Shown here piece by piece: positions 36,789 to 47,098 of a stretch of 64,000 bases of DNA. Each line of letters opens with the position of its first letter. Position 1 is the first letter of the stretch. A program made the position numbers and the translations under genes. Under the pieces are notes generated by a model, which did no database searches, was not told the origin of the DNA, and saw nothing but the letters and a program-made list of their open reading frames with translations. The stretch covers positions 80,904-144,903 of the forward strand of contig DAOUIY010000008.1 in the NCBI GenBank assembly GCA_034423215.1, read 5' to 3'. Origin of the DNA: Dehalococcoidia bacterium (GTDB taxonomy: Bacteria > Chloroflexota > Dehalococcoidia > Lucifugimonadales > UBA3495).

Positions 36789-38717
36789 TTAGTCGTTGTC
36801 CGCCGGGGCCGGAATCAAGGCGCCTCCGCCGGGCTCAGACCCATTATCGTGGGAGAGGCCGTAGTTAATGGCATACAGCCTGGAGTAAACACCGTTCCGG
36901 CGCAGCAGTTCCTCGTGGCGGCCAACCTCGGCGATTCGCCCCTTGTCCAGCACCACAATCTTGTCCGCGCTCCGGATGGTTGAGAGTCGGTGGGCTATGA
37001 CTACGGAGGTACGGCCCTCCAGGACATGGCTCAACGCTTCCTGAATCAGAATTTCCGTATGGGTATCAATGTTGGCGGTGGCCTCGTCCAGGACAATAAT
37101 GCGGGGGTCGCCCACGATGGCGCGGGCGAAGCTGATTAACTGGCGCTGCCCCACGCTGAGGTTGACGCCCCTTTCCGCCAGGACCGTGTTGTAGCCGTCC
37201 TCCAGGGACATGATGAAGTCGTGGGCGCCCACGGCCCGGGCGGCGGCAATAACATCCTCGTCCGTGGCATCCTCGTAGCAGTAGCGTATGTTGTCCATGA
37301 CGTTGCCGGAGAACAGGTAGGGCTCCTGCAGCACCATGCTCATCTGGCCCACCAGGGATTCCCGCCTGACGTCCCGCAGGTCATATCCGTCAATGGTAAT
37401 CCTGCCCCCGGTAACGTCGGCAAACCGGTGAACGAGGGTTACCATGGTGCTCTTGCCAGCGCCGGTGGAGCCCACCAGGGCCACGTTCTCGCCGGGGTTA
37501 ATCTGAAGGTTGATGTCCTGCAGTACCTCGACGCCCTCCACATAGTGGAAGTTGACCTCTTCGAACTTTATCTCGCCGCGAATGGGCGGCATTTCAATGG
37601 CGTCTGGCTTGTCCTTGACTTCCGGTTCCAGGTCCATCAACTCGAAGATGCGGACGCCGGCGGCCATGGACCGCTGGAACACCCCGTACTGCATGGTAAG
37701 ATGCCGGATAGGCTCAAAGAAGCGCTGAATCCAGAAGGCGAAGGCCACCAGCACGCCCCAGTCCAAGTTGCCGCCCTTGACCAGCAGGCCGCCCACCAGG
37801 ATTACGCCGAATCCCATGCCCACGCCGATGAGAAACTCCACCATGGGCTGCAAACCGCCCGAGAACCGGCTGGCCTGGAGGTTGGCGTCCAGGTGCTCCT
37901 GGTTCAGTTCCTGAAAGTGGCGCAGGTTCTCATCCTGCCGGTTGAGGCTCTGCACCACCCGGACGCCGGTAATGTTCTGGTTGTACTCGCCGTTGACCAT
38001 GGCTATTGCTCGCCGGATGCGCATGAAGGAACGGCGGGCGAAACGCTGCCAGTAAGCCAGGATAAAGAAGAGGACCGGCACTATGCTCAAGCTGACCAGG
38101 GCCAGTTGCCAGTCCACCACCAGCATGTAAATGATGATGAAGGCCAGGGTCAGGACGTCGGCCAGGGCCAGCACCAGCATTTCGAAGGTTTCCTGGAGTT
38201 GCAGCACGTCGCTCTGGCTGCGGGACATAATGCGTCCCACCGCCGTCCGGTGGTAGAAGGAGGGCGACAGGTTCTGCAGGTGGCTGAACATCTGGGTGCG
38301 CAGGGAATAGAGAATGCTCTGCCCCACCCGCGCCATGAACACGAACTGAAGGTAGTTGGCGCCAAAATGGACCAGCGTTACCAGCAGGAAGCCCAGGCCA
38401 ATCATGTGCAGCGGGTGCAGGCTCCAGAATCCTCCTTCATTCCCGCCGCCGGTAATGCTGTTGATACCCAGCAATATGAGCAGGGGTATGCTGGCGTTGG
38501 AGATGGTATAGGTCAGTACCGCTATCAGGCTTTTAATAACGTCGGACTTGTAGGGCCCCATGTATGAGATGAGGCGCAACACCACCTTGTTGTTGTAAAC
38601 CGAGCCAATAGCATTGTCGTCGCTGAGGTTGTCCATGGTGGGAGAGTTGATGCCGCCCGATTGCAGGCCGCGCATCCCGCCCATCATGCCGCCGAAGCCG
38701 CCTCCCATTCCGCGCAT
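36789..38717 (-). CDS. ABC exporter, fused permease/ATPase subunit (partner 2 of a heterodimer) with a Gly/Met-rich N-terminal extension
   Basis: Six-TM domain plus NBD (GSTGAGKST, LSVGQRQLISFARA, IVLDEATA). The start ATG overlaps the upstream stop (TAATG) and has GGAGGTGA 8 nt upstream. The N-terminus is MRGMGGGFGGMMGGMRGLQSGG. Confidence 0.9.
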   Translation of the reverse strand: MRGMGGGFGGMMGGMRGLQSGGINSPTMDNLSDDNAIGSVYNNKVVLRLISYMGPYKSDVIKSLIAVLTYTISNASIPLLILLGINSITGGGNEGGFWSLHPLHMIGLGFLLVTLVHFGANYLQFVFMARVGQSILYSLRTQMFSHLQNLSPSFYHRTAVGRIMSRSQSDVLQLQETFEMLVLALADVLTLAFIIIYMLVVDWQLALVSLSIVPVLFFILAYWQRFARRSFMRIRRAIAMVNGEYNQNITGVRVVQSLNRQDENLRHFQELNQEHLDANLQASRFSGGLQPMVEFLIGVGMGFGVILVGGLLVKGGNLDWGVLVAFAFWIQRFFEPIRHLTMQYGVFQRSMAAGVRIFELMDLEPEVKDKPDAIEMPPIRGEIKFEEVNFHYVEGVEVLQDINLQINPGENVALVGSTGAGKSTMVTLVHRFADVTGGRITIDGYDLRDVRRESLVGQMSMVLQEPYLFSGNVMDNIRYCYEDATDEDVIAAARAVGAHDFIMSLEDGYNTVLAERGVNLSVGQRQLISFARAIVGDPRIIVLDEATANIDTHTEILIQEALSHVLEGRTSVVIAHRLSTIRSADKIVVLDKGRIAEVGRHEELLRRNGVYSRLYAINYGLSHDNGSEPGGGALIPAPADND

Positions 38718-40537
38718 TAGTTGTCACCTCCGTCGCCGCCGGCTATGGAAGCGTCCAGCAGGACTTCCTCCTGGGGCCGAAGTTGCAATTCGTAAATATC
38801 CCTGTAAATTCCACGCTTGGCCATCAAGTCGGTGTGATTGCCCTCCTCCGCTATCTTGCCGTCCCGCAGCACCAGGATCTGGTCCGCCTCCCTCACGGTG
38901 CTGAGGCGGTGGGCGATAACGAAGGTAGTCCGGCCCTTCATCACGTTTACCATGGCCTGGTGAATTTGCCGCTCCGTCTCCACGTCCACGCTGGAGGTTG
39001 AGTCGTCCAGGATGAGGATGGGCGGGTTCACCAGCACCGTGCGGGCGATGGAAAGCCGCTGCCGCTGGCCGCCCGAGAGGGTGCTTCCCCGTTCCCCGAC
39101 CCAGGTATCGTAACCGTAGGCGAAGGACATTATCTGGTCGTGGAGTTGTGCGACCTTGGCCGCATTGATAATGTCCTCCTCGGTGGCGGTGGAAATCCCG
39201 TAGGCTATGTTGTCCCGGATGGTGGCGTCGAACAGGAAGATGTCCTGCTGCACGATGCCCACGTTGCGCCGGAGGGATTCCAGGGTATATTCACGGATGT
39301 CCTCACCGTCAATAGTGACTCTGCCGCCGGTTACGTCGTAGAAGCGGGGCAGCAGGTTTACGACGGTGCTCTTGCCGCTGCCCGGCGCCCCCAGAATGGC
39401 GGTCACCTTGCCGGGTTCGGCATTTATGTTGACCTCGTTGAGGGTGGCCGCCCGGGCTTCGTAGGCGAAGGACGCCTGTTCGAACCGGACGTGACCCACG
39501 GCCCGCCCCATTTCGCGGGCGCCCGGCTTCTCTTCCACCGGGGAACTGGCGTCCAGGACCTCAAAGATGCGGCGGCCCGAGGAAATCGCCCTGGAGAAGC
39601 TGTTGATAATCTGCGCCGAAGCCCGAATGGGGAAAGTCAACTGGTTCAGGTAGAGAACGAACTTGGTCAAGTCACCCGCGCTCAGGTCACCCCGTAAAAT
39701 CTCCCAGCCGCCGTACCACACAATCAGGCACAGGGCAAAGGTGAAATAGAGGCTCATCCACGCGCTGTTGGTGCCCTGGAGCCGCTCCGACTGGTAGTAT
39801 TCCTCTCTTAGCTCCCTGGCCTTCCTGTCGTATTTGCGACGCTCAAAGTTCTCGGACCCGAAGGCCTTGACCACATGGATGCCAACCAGGTTTTCCTGCA
39901 GCACGGTTACGAGCTCGCCGTTAACCTCCTGAACGTGCAGCCACATCCGCCGCAGCTTGCCGATGACAAAGGTGGACCGCATTACCAGGAAGGGCACGAA
40001 TACCAGGCTGATGAGGGCCAGTTCCCAGTTCAGCCAAATGAGGATGCTGGTAACGGCAATGGTGCGTACCACAACCTCCAGCGAGCGGACCAGGCCCATG
40101 TTTACGAACCGGCGTATGGCCTCCACGTCGGCGGTGGCCTTGGACATCAGGTTGCCGGTGTGTTCCTTGTCGTGGTAGGCAAAGCTGACGTGCTGCAGCT
40201 TGTCGTAAATCTGGTTGCGGAAGTCGTAGCTGACCAACTGGGAGAGGGAGTCGGTGGTGTAGGTGCGGGCAAAGTCGAAGAAGCCGCGCATGAGGCTGGC
40301 GCCCAATAGCAGGCTGGCCAGCAGGAACAATGTTCCCACGGTGAGGTCGGGGTTGCTGATAAACCTGCCGCCCTCTTCAAGGACGCCTTCCACCACCACA
40401 ATTTCGTCTATGGCCTCGCCAAAGAGCCAGGGAACCAGCAGGGAGAAACCGATAGCGGCAAAGAAGGAGGCGTATGCCAGAATCAACCGCGTCCGGTAAA
40501 GATAGGCCATGCGGGTGATTCTTATCAAAATGCTCAT
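38717..40537 (-). CDS. ABC exporter, fused permease/ATPase subunit (partner 1)
   Basis: TM domain plus NBD (GAPGSGKST, LSGGQRQRLSIART, LILDDSTS). Start set at ATG 40537 (MSILIRITRMAYLY...); the ORF is open to 40738. Confidence 0.9.
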   Translation of the reverse strand: MSILIRITRMAYLYRTRLILAYASFFAAIGFSLLVPWLFGEAIDEIVVVEGVLEEGGRFISNPDLTVGTLFLLASLLLGASLMRGFFDFARTYTTDSLSQLVSYDFRNQIYDKLQHVSFAYHDKEHTGNLMSKATADVEAIRRFVNMGLVRSLEVVVRTIAVTSILIWLNWELALISLVFVPFLVMRSTFVIGKLRRMWLHVQEVNGELVTVLQENLVGIHVVKAFGSENFERRKYDRKARELREEYYQSERLQGTNSAWMSLYFTFALCLIVWYGGWEILRGDLSAGDLTKFVLYLNQLTFPIRASAQIINSFSRAISSGRRIFEVLDASSPVEEKPGAREMGRAVGHVRFEQASFAYEARAATLNEVNINAEPGKVTAILGAPGSGKSTVVNLLPRFYDVTGGRVTIDGEDIREYTLESLRRNVGIVQQDIFLFDATIRDNIAYGISTATEEDIINAAKVAQLHDQIMSFAYGYDTWVGERGSTLSGGQRQRLSIARTVLVNPPILILDDSTSSVDVETERQIHQAMVNVMKGRTTFVIAHRLSTVREADQILVLRDGKIAEEGNHTDLMAKRGIYRDIYELQLRPQEEVLLDASIAGGDGGDN

Positions 40538-40722
40538 AAAACTGTCCCTGTAGCGTGAAAATGCAAGGGGAGCTCTGCAGGAGAGCCGCGAGCCTTGTCG
40601 GTCCGGGGTATCGAATTGACGCAGGGTTATTGATGGGATGCAGAGGGATAGCGTTCGCCGTGCGGGGCTGCGTAAGGGGAAAACCGGTGCGGGAACCGCG
40701 CTATCTCCGAATTGACTCCGAC

Positions 40723-40751
40723 ATGATAAACATAACACTCTGATAATTCAA
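40723..40751 (-). promoter_or_regulatory. candidate sigma70 promoter for the ABC exporter operon
   Basis: On the minus strand: TTGAAT (40751-40746), a 17-nt spacer, then TATCAT (40728-40723). This implies a 5' leader of about 180 nt. Confidence 0.5.
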
Positions 40752-41059
40752 GCAACTTTTAATCGTATTTCACAATAGTTTAATAGCCGGCAGTTTGCTT
40801 TCCGCGGCCGGGTTTGGGCCGGGAAAGTGAGACAGGGCAGGTAGCAGAGAGGTACGGGGAGGCGACGCTTGTGTCATCGGAATGGACGCAGGGCAGTGAG
40901 CCGGGCAGTGAGCCGGGATGGCATTGAAGAAGCGGCTGGCCCGGCCCCCGGCGCCGGGGGAACCTGAAAAGAGGCTGGCAGAAAAAACGGCAACGCCTAT
41001 TGTCGTGCGACGCTGCCGAAAACCGGGAAATCAACCGGAGGGACTACTTGCCCGAAGGA

Positions 41060-42739
41060 CTACATACGTTCCGGGGCATTCATCCCCATCAACTCAAGGG
41101 ACCGCCGGAAGACGATTTGGGCGGACTCCACCAGTTTCAACCGGGCCAGAGTAATGTCGTTGTCCTCGGCATTGGCCGAAATTACCCGGCAGTTCTCGTA
41201 GAACCAGTGGAAGGCGGTGGCCAGTTCCATGGCATAGTGGGGCAAGTGATGGGGCTCCAGGGTTCGGGCCATCTGGTCCACCAGCTCCGGCAACCGGACC
41301 ATGGTGCGTATCAGGTTCAACTCGTTGGGGTCGTTGAGCAGCGACACGTCTCCCTGGCTCCAGTCTATGTTGCGGCTGCGGGCCAGGTTCAGAATACTGA
41401 AATTCCGGGCGTGGGCGTACTGGATGTAATAGACCGGGTTCTCGGAGGACTCCTTCTTGGCCAGTTCCAGGTCAAATTCCATCTGGGTGGACGGCGACCG
41501 GGCCAGGAAGAAGTAGCGGCAGGCGTCCGAACCAACCTCATCGGCCAACTCTCGCAGGGTGATGAAATCGCCGGTCCGCTTGGATGCCCGGACTACTTCC
41601 GAGCCCCGCTTCAGGGTTACGATCTGGGAAATCAGGACCGTCAAGCTGTCCGGCTCGATACCCAGGGCTTCCACGGCAGCCTTCATGCGGGGCACGTGGC
41701 CCTGATGGTCGGCCCCCCAGATGTCAATCACGCGTTCAAATTCCCTCTTCACGAATTTGTTGTAGTGATAGGCAATGTCCGACGCGAAATAAGTGGGTTC
41801 GCCCGATGAACGGACCACCACGTTGTCCTTGTCGTCGCCCAGCATGGTGGAGTTAAACCAGAGGGCGTTATCCCGCTCGGAGATGTAGCTCTTGTGGCGC
41901 AGCAGGTCCATGGCCTGCTCGTATTCGTGATTCCCGTAAAGCGAGCGCTCGCTGAACCAGTTGTCAAAGGAAACGCCGATTTCCTCCAGGTCTTCCCGAA
42001 TAAGGGCGACCATCTTCTCACGCCCGATGTCGCCTATCTCCCGGACGGCCTGGCTATCCTCCATATCCAGGAAGCGGCTGCCTTCAGTCTCGGCAATTTC
42101 CCGGCCCAGGTCGGTTATGTAATCGCCCGCATAGCCGTTGGATGGGAAATCGGCCTCGCGCCCCAGGGCCTCCCGGTACCTTGCGTAGATGGAGCGATAG
42201 AAGGCTTCCATCTGGGTTCCGGCGTCGTTCACGTAGTATTCCCTGGTAACGGAATAGCCGGCGGCATCCAGGGTATTGGCCAGCGCGCTGCCCAGCACAG
42301 CCCCCCGGGTGTGGCCGACGTGGACCGGACCCGTGGGGTTTACGCTGACGAACTCCACCATGACCGGCCGGCCCTGCCCAGCCGGTACGTTGCCGTATTC
42401 GGCGCCGGCCTCGCGGACCGCTTCCACCTGCTTCTGAATCCAGGCATCGTTGAGGTGAAAGTTAATGAAGCCGGGATGCGCGGCCTCTACCTTCTCCACC
42501 TCTTCAACCGCTGGAACGAACTCCACCAGGGTCTCCGCCAGCCTAAGGGGATTTATTCTAGTGGCCCGAGCCAGGCGGAGCGGAAGGCTGGTGGCGAAGT
42601 CCCCATGCTCAGGATTGCCGGGGCGTTCCACCAGGATTTCCGGCATGGATTCCAGTTGAATCGCGCCCTGTTCCCGCGCCCGTTCAATGGCGGACGCCAC
42701 CAATTCCTGGATTCTGTCTCGAACCAAAGTCGTTGCCAT
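41060..42739 (-). CDS. argS: arginine--tRNA ligase
   Basis: 559 aa. The class I HIGH variant NPTGPVHVGHTRGAV, a DALR anticodon-binding-like C-terminus and the ending ...MGMNAPERM. Confidence 0.95.
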   Translation of the reverse strand: MATTLVRDRIQELVASAIERAREQGAIQLESMPEILVERPGNPEHGDFATSLPLRLARATRINPLRLAETLVEFVPAVEEVEKVEAAHPGFINFHLNDAWIQKQVEAVREAGAEYGNVPAGQGRPVMVEFVSVNPTGPVHVGHTRGAVLGSALANTLDAAGYSVTREYYVNDAGTQMEAFYRSIYARYREALGREADFPSNGYAGDYITDLGREIAETEGSRFLDMEDSQAVREIGDIGREKMVALIREDLEEIGVSFDNWFSERSLYGNHEYEQAMDLLRHKSYISERDNALWFNSTMLGDDKDNVVVRSSGEPTYFASDIAYHYNKFVKREFERVIDIWGADHQGHVPRMKAAVEALGIEPDSLTVLISQIVTLKRGSEVVRASKRTGDFITLRELADEVGSDACRYFFLARSPSTQMEFDLELAKKESSENPVYYIQYAHARNFSILNLARSRNIDWSQGDVSLLNDPNELNLIRTMVRLPELVDQMARTLEPHHLPHYAMELATAFHWFYENCRVISANAEDNDITLARLKLVESAQIVFRRSLELMGMNAPERM

Positions 42740-42966
42740 GATAAATGACCCTTACCTAACTGTTCTTAATTTCTGGAGCAGCCACGGAAAGCAAACCGGG
42801 GCATTGCTCGCCACTCAACAGTAAGCGGTGAATGCCCGTGACTAATACTAGCATATACGGCGGCTCCGTTAAACGAAGGGGGCCGCGCTTTGGGCACATT
42901 TCTTATGTTCACCACACGCCTCCGTTTCGGGCGACCGGCCGGCGATAGAGAGCAACACTGCCATTT

Positions 42967-42975
42967 TGCTAGAAT
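42967..42975 (+). promoter_or_regulatory. candidate extended -10 promoter for the S51-like gene
   Basis: TGcTAGAAT about 40 nt upstream of the ATG at 43015, which is preceded by an AGAGGAGG SD. Confidence 0.4.
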
Positions 42976-43014
42976 AGCCCAAACCAAACACTCCGACCGG
43001 TTAGAGGAGGCGCC

Positions 43015-43701
43015 ATGACGGGAAAAATCGCACTGGTGGGCGGCGACGAGTTTCGCCGTTACTGCGGAGACATGGACCGGGACATTCTTGCCGCCTCCGG
43101 CAGGACATCCGCCAGGGTGGTTGTGCTGCCCACGGCCACGGCCAACTCGGCGCCGGTAAAAGCGGCCTACGACGGCGTTACCCACTTCAACGGTCTGGGA
43201 GCCTCGGCCCAACCGCTGATGATACTGGAGCGCGAGCAGGCGGACGACGAGGAAATGGTCGGCCGGATCTCTGACGCCGATGTCATATATTTTACCGGCG
43301 GCAATCCAAATCACCTGCTGGAAACCCTGCAAGGTTCTCTGCTGCTGACGGCCGTGAACGACGCCGTGGCGCGGGGGGCGATTCTTGCCGGCTCCAGCGC
43401 CGGGGCCATGGTGATGGGTTCACAGATGCGGCGGCCCCGCGCCGACGAATGGGTTACCGGGCTCGGCATTGCAGAGGGCCTTTGCATTTTGCCCCATCAC
43501 GAGCGAAGCAACCCGGAGGAGGCGGCTGAACAGCTTGCGGAGAGACTCTCGGGAGGGTTGCAGGTCTTTGGCATTGACGGCCAGACCGGCTGCCTGGGCA
43601 GGCCCGGCGAGTGGCAAGTCACGGGACACGGCCGGGTGGTGGTTTACCGGCAACAGGGCTGGCAGGTCTATCAGGCAGGCGAGACCATTAGGGAAAGCTA
43701 G
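43015..43701 (+). CDS. peptidase S51 / type-1 glutamine amidotransferase-like protein (cyanophycinase/dipeptidase E family)
   Basis: GKIALVGGDEF..., VVVLPTA..., IYFTGGNPNHLL, nucleophile region LAGSSAGAMVMG. Confidence 0.75.
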   Translation: MTGKIALVGGDEFRRYCGDMDRDILAASGRTSARVVVLPTATANSAPVKAAYDGVTHFNGLGASAQPLMILEREQADDEEMVGRISDADVIYFTGGNPNHLLETLQGSLLLTAVNDAVARGAILAGSSAGAMVMGSQMRRPRADEWVTGLGIAEGLCILPHHERSNPEEAAEQLAERLSGGLQVFGIDGQTGCLGRPGEWQVTGHGRVVVYRQQGWQVYQAGETIRES

Positions 43702-43705
43702 CAAT

Positions 43706-43990
43706 CCACCAGTTTTGATGAGGTGGTTATTGCACCAAGGCGTCATTCCTGCTTTCGCAGGAACCTGAACTCCAGGCAATCGAGGTTCCCGCCTGCGCGG
43801 GAACGACGGGTTGAGCCGGGCCGAGCTTCATTTCAGAGTTGCCAGATTACCAGTGGTTCAACTCATTTGAACTGATGAACAACATTTCCGCTCACCCTGG
43901 GCTTGTCGAAGGGCCGCCCTTTCATGGTTGGACAAGCTCACCATGAGCGGACTTTCAGCGATAACATCATCTCTATGGCGAAAGACCACT
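43706..43990. repeat. two abutting half-elements: reversed A end (43706-43818) and forward B module (43853-43990)
   Basis: The A end contains gtcATTCCTGCtttcGCAGGAAC...GTTCCCGCctgcGCGGGAACgacgg. The B module reads gtggttcaactcatttgaactgatg...gctcaccctgggcttgtcgaagggccg...ggacaagctcaccatgagcgg. Confidence 0.8.
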
Positions 43991-43993
43991 GGT

Positions 43994-44623
43994 TCAGCCC
44001 CGGCGTTCCCTTAGCGCATCCCACACTTCCTGGGGGCGGGAGCCGCTGGCGGCCAGCAATACAAGCATGTGGTACAGCAGGTCCGCCACTTCGCCGGGCA
44101 GGGCTTCCCGGTCTTCGGTGGCCGCGGCCAGGGCTGTCTCGCCTGCTTCCTCAATTACCTTCTGGGCCACCCGGGCCACCCCTTCCTGCAACAGCCGGAC
44201 GGTATAGCTTCCTTCGGGTTGCTCCCTCTGCCGGTCCTGTATCAGGGCGAACAGTTCGTCCAGAATACCGGAACCGGTCTCGGTAGCCTCGTAGTCTTCG
44301 GGCAGCTCTTCCAGCCTGTTGTGGAAACAGGAGACATCGCCGGTATGGCAGGCCGGACCGTCGGGCTGCACCTTCAGCAGAATGGTGTCGGCGTCGCAGT
44401 CCAGGTATGCCTCCCGCAAGTTAAGGTAATTGCCCGAAATCTCTCCCTTGTGCCAGAGGTCCTCCCGGCTGCGGCTGTAAAACCAGACCTGCTCGCCCTC
44501 CACGGTGCGCTTCAGCGAGCCGGGGTTCATGTAGCCGAGCATCAGCACCTCGCCGGTGTTGATGTCCTGGGCTATGGCCGGCACCAGGCCCTTTTCATTC
44601 AGTTTAACCTTCATGTCTGCCAT
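43994..44623 (-). CDS. hisIE: bifunctional phosphoribosyl-AMP cyclohydrolase / phosphoribosyl-ATP pyrophosphatase
   Basis: HisI part GLVPAIAQD...LMLGYMN...FYSRSR...CHTG. HisE part LFALIQDRQ...SYTVRLL...KVIEEAGE. Confidence 0.92.
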   Translation of the reverse strand: MADMKVKLNEKGLVPAIAQDINTGEVLMLGYMNPGSLKRTVEGEQVWFYSRSREDLWHKGEISGNYLNLREAYLDCDADTILLKVQPDGPACHTGDVSCFHNRLEELPEDYEATETGSGILDELFALIQDRQREQPEGSYTVRLLQEGVARVAQKVIEEAGETALAAATEDREALPGEVADLLYHMLVLLAASGSRPQEVWDALRERRG

Positions 44624-44710
44624 GTCTGCTTCCTCATCCCTGGCGCGGGTTTGCCTTCCCCGGCCCTCTGCCGGGGTCCGTCTTCGGGCCGGGTTGCGCC
44701 GCGCGTGGGG

Positions 44711-45406
44711 TTATTTGTCGAAAAGAGTTTCCAGGTCAAGCAGGGTCGAAATCCGGTAGTCCGGTGTGGGCAGGGCCGGGTCCGGCTCGGCCCCCGCACG
44801 ATTTATCCAGACGGTGCCCAAGCCAGCCTGGCCGGCCCCCATGACGTCCTCGTACTGCCTGTCACCCACGTAAACCGCTTCCTCCGGTTTCAGGTCCAAC
44901 TGCCGCAGCAGGGTTCGGAAAAGCTCCGGGTTGGGCTTGTAGCTGCGGGCTCCTTCGGAAGAGAGGGCGGCGGCGAAGGGGAAATCCAGCCGCTGCAGCA
45001 CCGGTTCCAGGAAACAGTCGTCGGCGTTGGAAAGAACGACCACGCGGTACCTGCCGGCCAGGGCTGCCAGGGCCTGCCGGGTTTCGGGGTAGGGGTCGCG
45101 CCGGCCCATGTCGTTAATCCAGTACTCGGCGGCGGCAGCGGCATCCCCATGCAGTCCCAGGGACCGGAAGGCCTCGGCAAAGGCGTCTCGCCACGCCACG
45201 GTGTAGGACTGGAAGGGATGGCTGGAGTCGCTGCGGGTTTCCCGAAAACTGACACAGGCTTCCAGCCACGCATCGTTGAGAACCTCAACGGTTACATCAA
45301 AGCCCTGCTGTTCTATGATGCTGCCCATGGCGGCGTTCCAGTGTTCGGGGGAATCCTGGAACAGAGTACCAAAGGCGTCAAAAATTACGGTAGTTATATT
45401 GGCCAT
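44711..45406 (-). CDS. HAD-superfamily hydrolase, haloacid-dehalogenase-like (motif I D-A-F-G-T)
   Basis: VIFDAFGTLFQ motif I, VVVLSNAD motif II region, YVGDRQYEDVMGA motif III/IV region. Start at ATG 45406. Confidence 0.8.
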   Translation of the reverse strand: MANITTVIFDAFGTLFQDSPEHWNAAMGSIIEQQGFDVTVEVLNDAWLEACVSFRETRSDSSHPFQSYTVAWRDAFAEAFRSLGLHGDAAAAAEYWINDMGRRDPYPETRQALAALAGRYRVVVLSNADDCFLEPVLQRLDFPFAAALSSEGARSYKPNPELFRTLLRQLDLKPEEAVYVGDRQYEDVMGAGQAGLGTVWINRAGAEPDPALPTPDYRISTLLDLETLFDK

Positions 45407-45473
45407 CTGTGGAATCCGGTCCTCTCTGTATTGGGTTGCCCTTGCCTCGGCCACTAGAGAAAATTGCGCTGTC

Positions 45474-46304
45474 TCAGCGGGCGGTGGGCCTGACGGGAAT
45501 GCCCCGGTTTCCCAGGTACTCCTTGGCCTGGGCAATGCTGTAGGAGCCGTAATGGAAAATGGAAGCGGCCAGCACCGCGTCGGCCTGGCCCCGGTCCAGG
45601 GCGTCGTAAAGGTGTTCCAGGCTGCCCGCGCCGCCGCTGGCTATCACCGGCACCGGCACCGCGCCCGATATGGCGGCGGTCAGTTCCAGATCATAGCCTG
45701 AAAGCTGGCCGTCGGCGTCCATGCTGGTAAGCAGTATCTCTCCGGCCCCCCGCTCGACGGCCTGGACCGCCCATTTGACCGCATCCAGCCCGGTGGGATT
45801 CCTGCCGCCATGCGTATAGACCTCCCAACCCGACCCTTCATCCAGGGCCAGGGAGGGGTCCTTCAATGGCTGGAGCGGCGTAAGCTGCCCCCTATTCCGG
45901 TCCACCCTCTTGGCATCAATGGCAACCACGATGCACTGGCTTCCGAATTGGGCCGCGCCGTTGCCGATGATGTCCGGGTTGTTGATGGCAGCGGTATTGA
46001 CGGATACCTTGTCCGCCCCGGCGTTTAGCATCCGCCGCATGTCCTCCAGCGTCCTGATGCCACCGCCTACGGTCAAGGGAATAAAGACCTGCTCCGACAC
46101 CCGCTGCACCACGTCAACCATGGTATTGCGGGAGTCGGCGCTGGCGGTAATGTCGAGAAACACCAGTTCGTCGCCGCCCTCCCGGTCATAAAAGGCGGCC
46201 AGTTCCGCCGGGTCTCCCGCATCCCGCAGGTTCACGAAGCTGGTGCCTTTCACAACCCGTCCAGCATCCACATCCAGGCAGGGAATTATGCGCTTGGTCA
46301 ACAT
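45474..46304 (-). CDS. hisF: imidazole glycerol phosphate synthase cyclase subunit HisF
   Basis: [35 protein letters not shown]. It carries a short insertion ([24 protein letters not shown]) relative to the usual length of about 250 aa. Confidence 0.93.
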   Translation of the reverse strand: MLTKRIIPCLDVDAGRVVKGTSFVNLRDAGDPAELAAFYDREGGDELVFLDITASADSRNTMVDVVQRVSEQVFIPLTVGGGIRTLEDMRRMLNAGADKVSVNTAAINNPDIIGNGAAQFGSQCIVVAIDAKRVDRNRGQLTPLQPLKDPSLALDEGSGWEVYTHGGRNPTGLDAVKWAVQAVERGAGEILLTSMDADGQLSGYDLELTAAISGAVPVPVIASGGAGSLEHLYDALDRGQADAVLAASIFHYGSYSIAQAKEYLGNRGIPVRPTAR

Positions 46305-46420
46305 TTGCCGAGTCTGCTCCGACGCCTTCTTTACCTTACCTGGGAAAGTATAGCACCCAACGGCAACAAAGAAAGCCGATTTCGACGCTGGGGCCGGCGT
46401 AAAATTCGCTTAACAGGCTA

Positions 46421-46595
46421 GTGGTTCAACTCATCTGAAGTGATGGATAGTATTTCCGCTCACCCTGAGCCTGTCGAAGGGCCGCCCATTCGCAGATTGA
46501 CAATTTGACGGTTCGACAGGTTCACCATGAGCGGACTCCCGGTTTACTCATCAATGCAAAGTGGTCAATCTACTATGAGCCAATCTACTATGAGC
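46421..46595 (+). repeat. B-type repeat followed by a 2x15-bp tandem duplication
   Basis: gtggttcaactcatctgaagtgatgg...gctcaccctgagcctgtcgaagggccg...ttcgacaggttcaccatgagcgg...catcaatgcaaagtggtc. After it, caatctactatgagc occurs twice in tandem (46566-46595). Confidence 0.85.
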
Positions 46596-46702
46596 GGTAG
46601 CCCGATGACCGATGAGCAGGTCACCCGGCCAATAACCGGCTTCAGTTGGCAGCTATGTGCCGCTGGGCTACAATAGGCCATCCTTACCCAACGAGGTGCA
46701 AC

Positions 46703-47098
46703 ATGGCGATTACCCTGGAAGAGGCCAACAGGATTATCGAAGGGGCCCTTGCCCAGGCCGCGGAATTTGACATCAAGATTAGCGCTGCGGTGGTTGACGG
46801 CGGTGGAAGGCTCATAGCCATGAACCGCATGGACGGCGCCATCTGGGCCAGCGCCTACGGCTGCCAGGGCAAGGCGGTAGCGTCGGCGGCCTTTGGGCGG
46901 GCCAGCGGAGAGATGCAGGACCGGGCCACCCAGCCCACGCCGGCGGGCATCAACGCCGCCTCGGGCGGTGAGATGATTATGGGCCAGGGCGCGGTTCCGA
47001 TCATCCGCAACGGCGTCATTGAGGGCGCCTGCGGCGTAGGCGGCGGCACCAGCCAACAGGACGAAGACTGCGCCAAGGCGGGCGTGGCTCGCCTCTAA
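46703..47098 (+). CDS. GlcG/HbpS-like (DUF336) heme-binding family protein
   Basis: MAITLEEANRIIEGALAQAAEFDIKISAAVVDGGGRLIAMNRMDGA... Start at ATG 46703 with a GAGGTG SD. Confidence 0.8.
   Translation: MAITLEEANRIIEGALAQAAEFDIKISAAVVDGGGRLIAMNRMDGAIWASAYGCQGKAVASAAFGRASGEMQDRATQPTPAGINAASGGEMIMGQGAVPIIRNGVIEGACGVGGGTSQQDEDCAKAGVARL

Noticed and set aside
37221-38567. 448-aa + strand ORF (and similar ones at 39140-39697 and 39875-40309)
   Set aside because: Antisense to the ABC exporter genes. Shadow ORFs.
40891-40914. Perfect 12-bp tandem duplication gggcagtgagcc x2 in the argS/ABC intergenic region
   Set aside because: There are only two copies and no further structure or conservation within the window. 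It is probably replication slippage. Noted but not interpretable.
44711-45406. HAD hydrolase between hisF and hisIE, considered as the missing histidinol-phosphate phosphatase
   Set aside because: Motif I reads D-A-F-G-T, which is haloacid-dehalogenase-like and lacks the second Asp of the DxD phosphatase motif. A phosphatase role is therefore not supported by the sequence. The position in the his cluster alone is insufficient.
44069-45457. 462-aa + strand ORF
   Set aside because: Antisense to hisIE and the HAD hydrolase gene. Shadow ORF.
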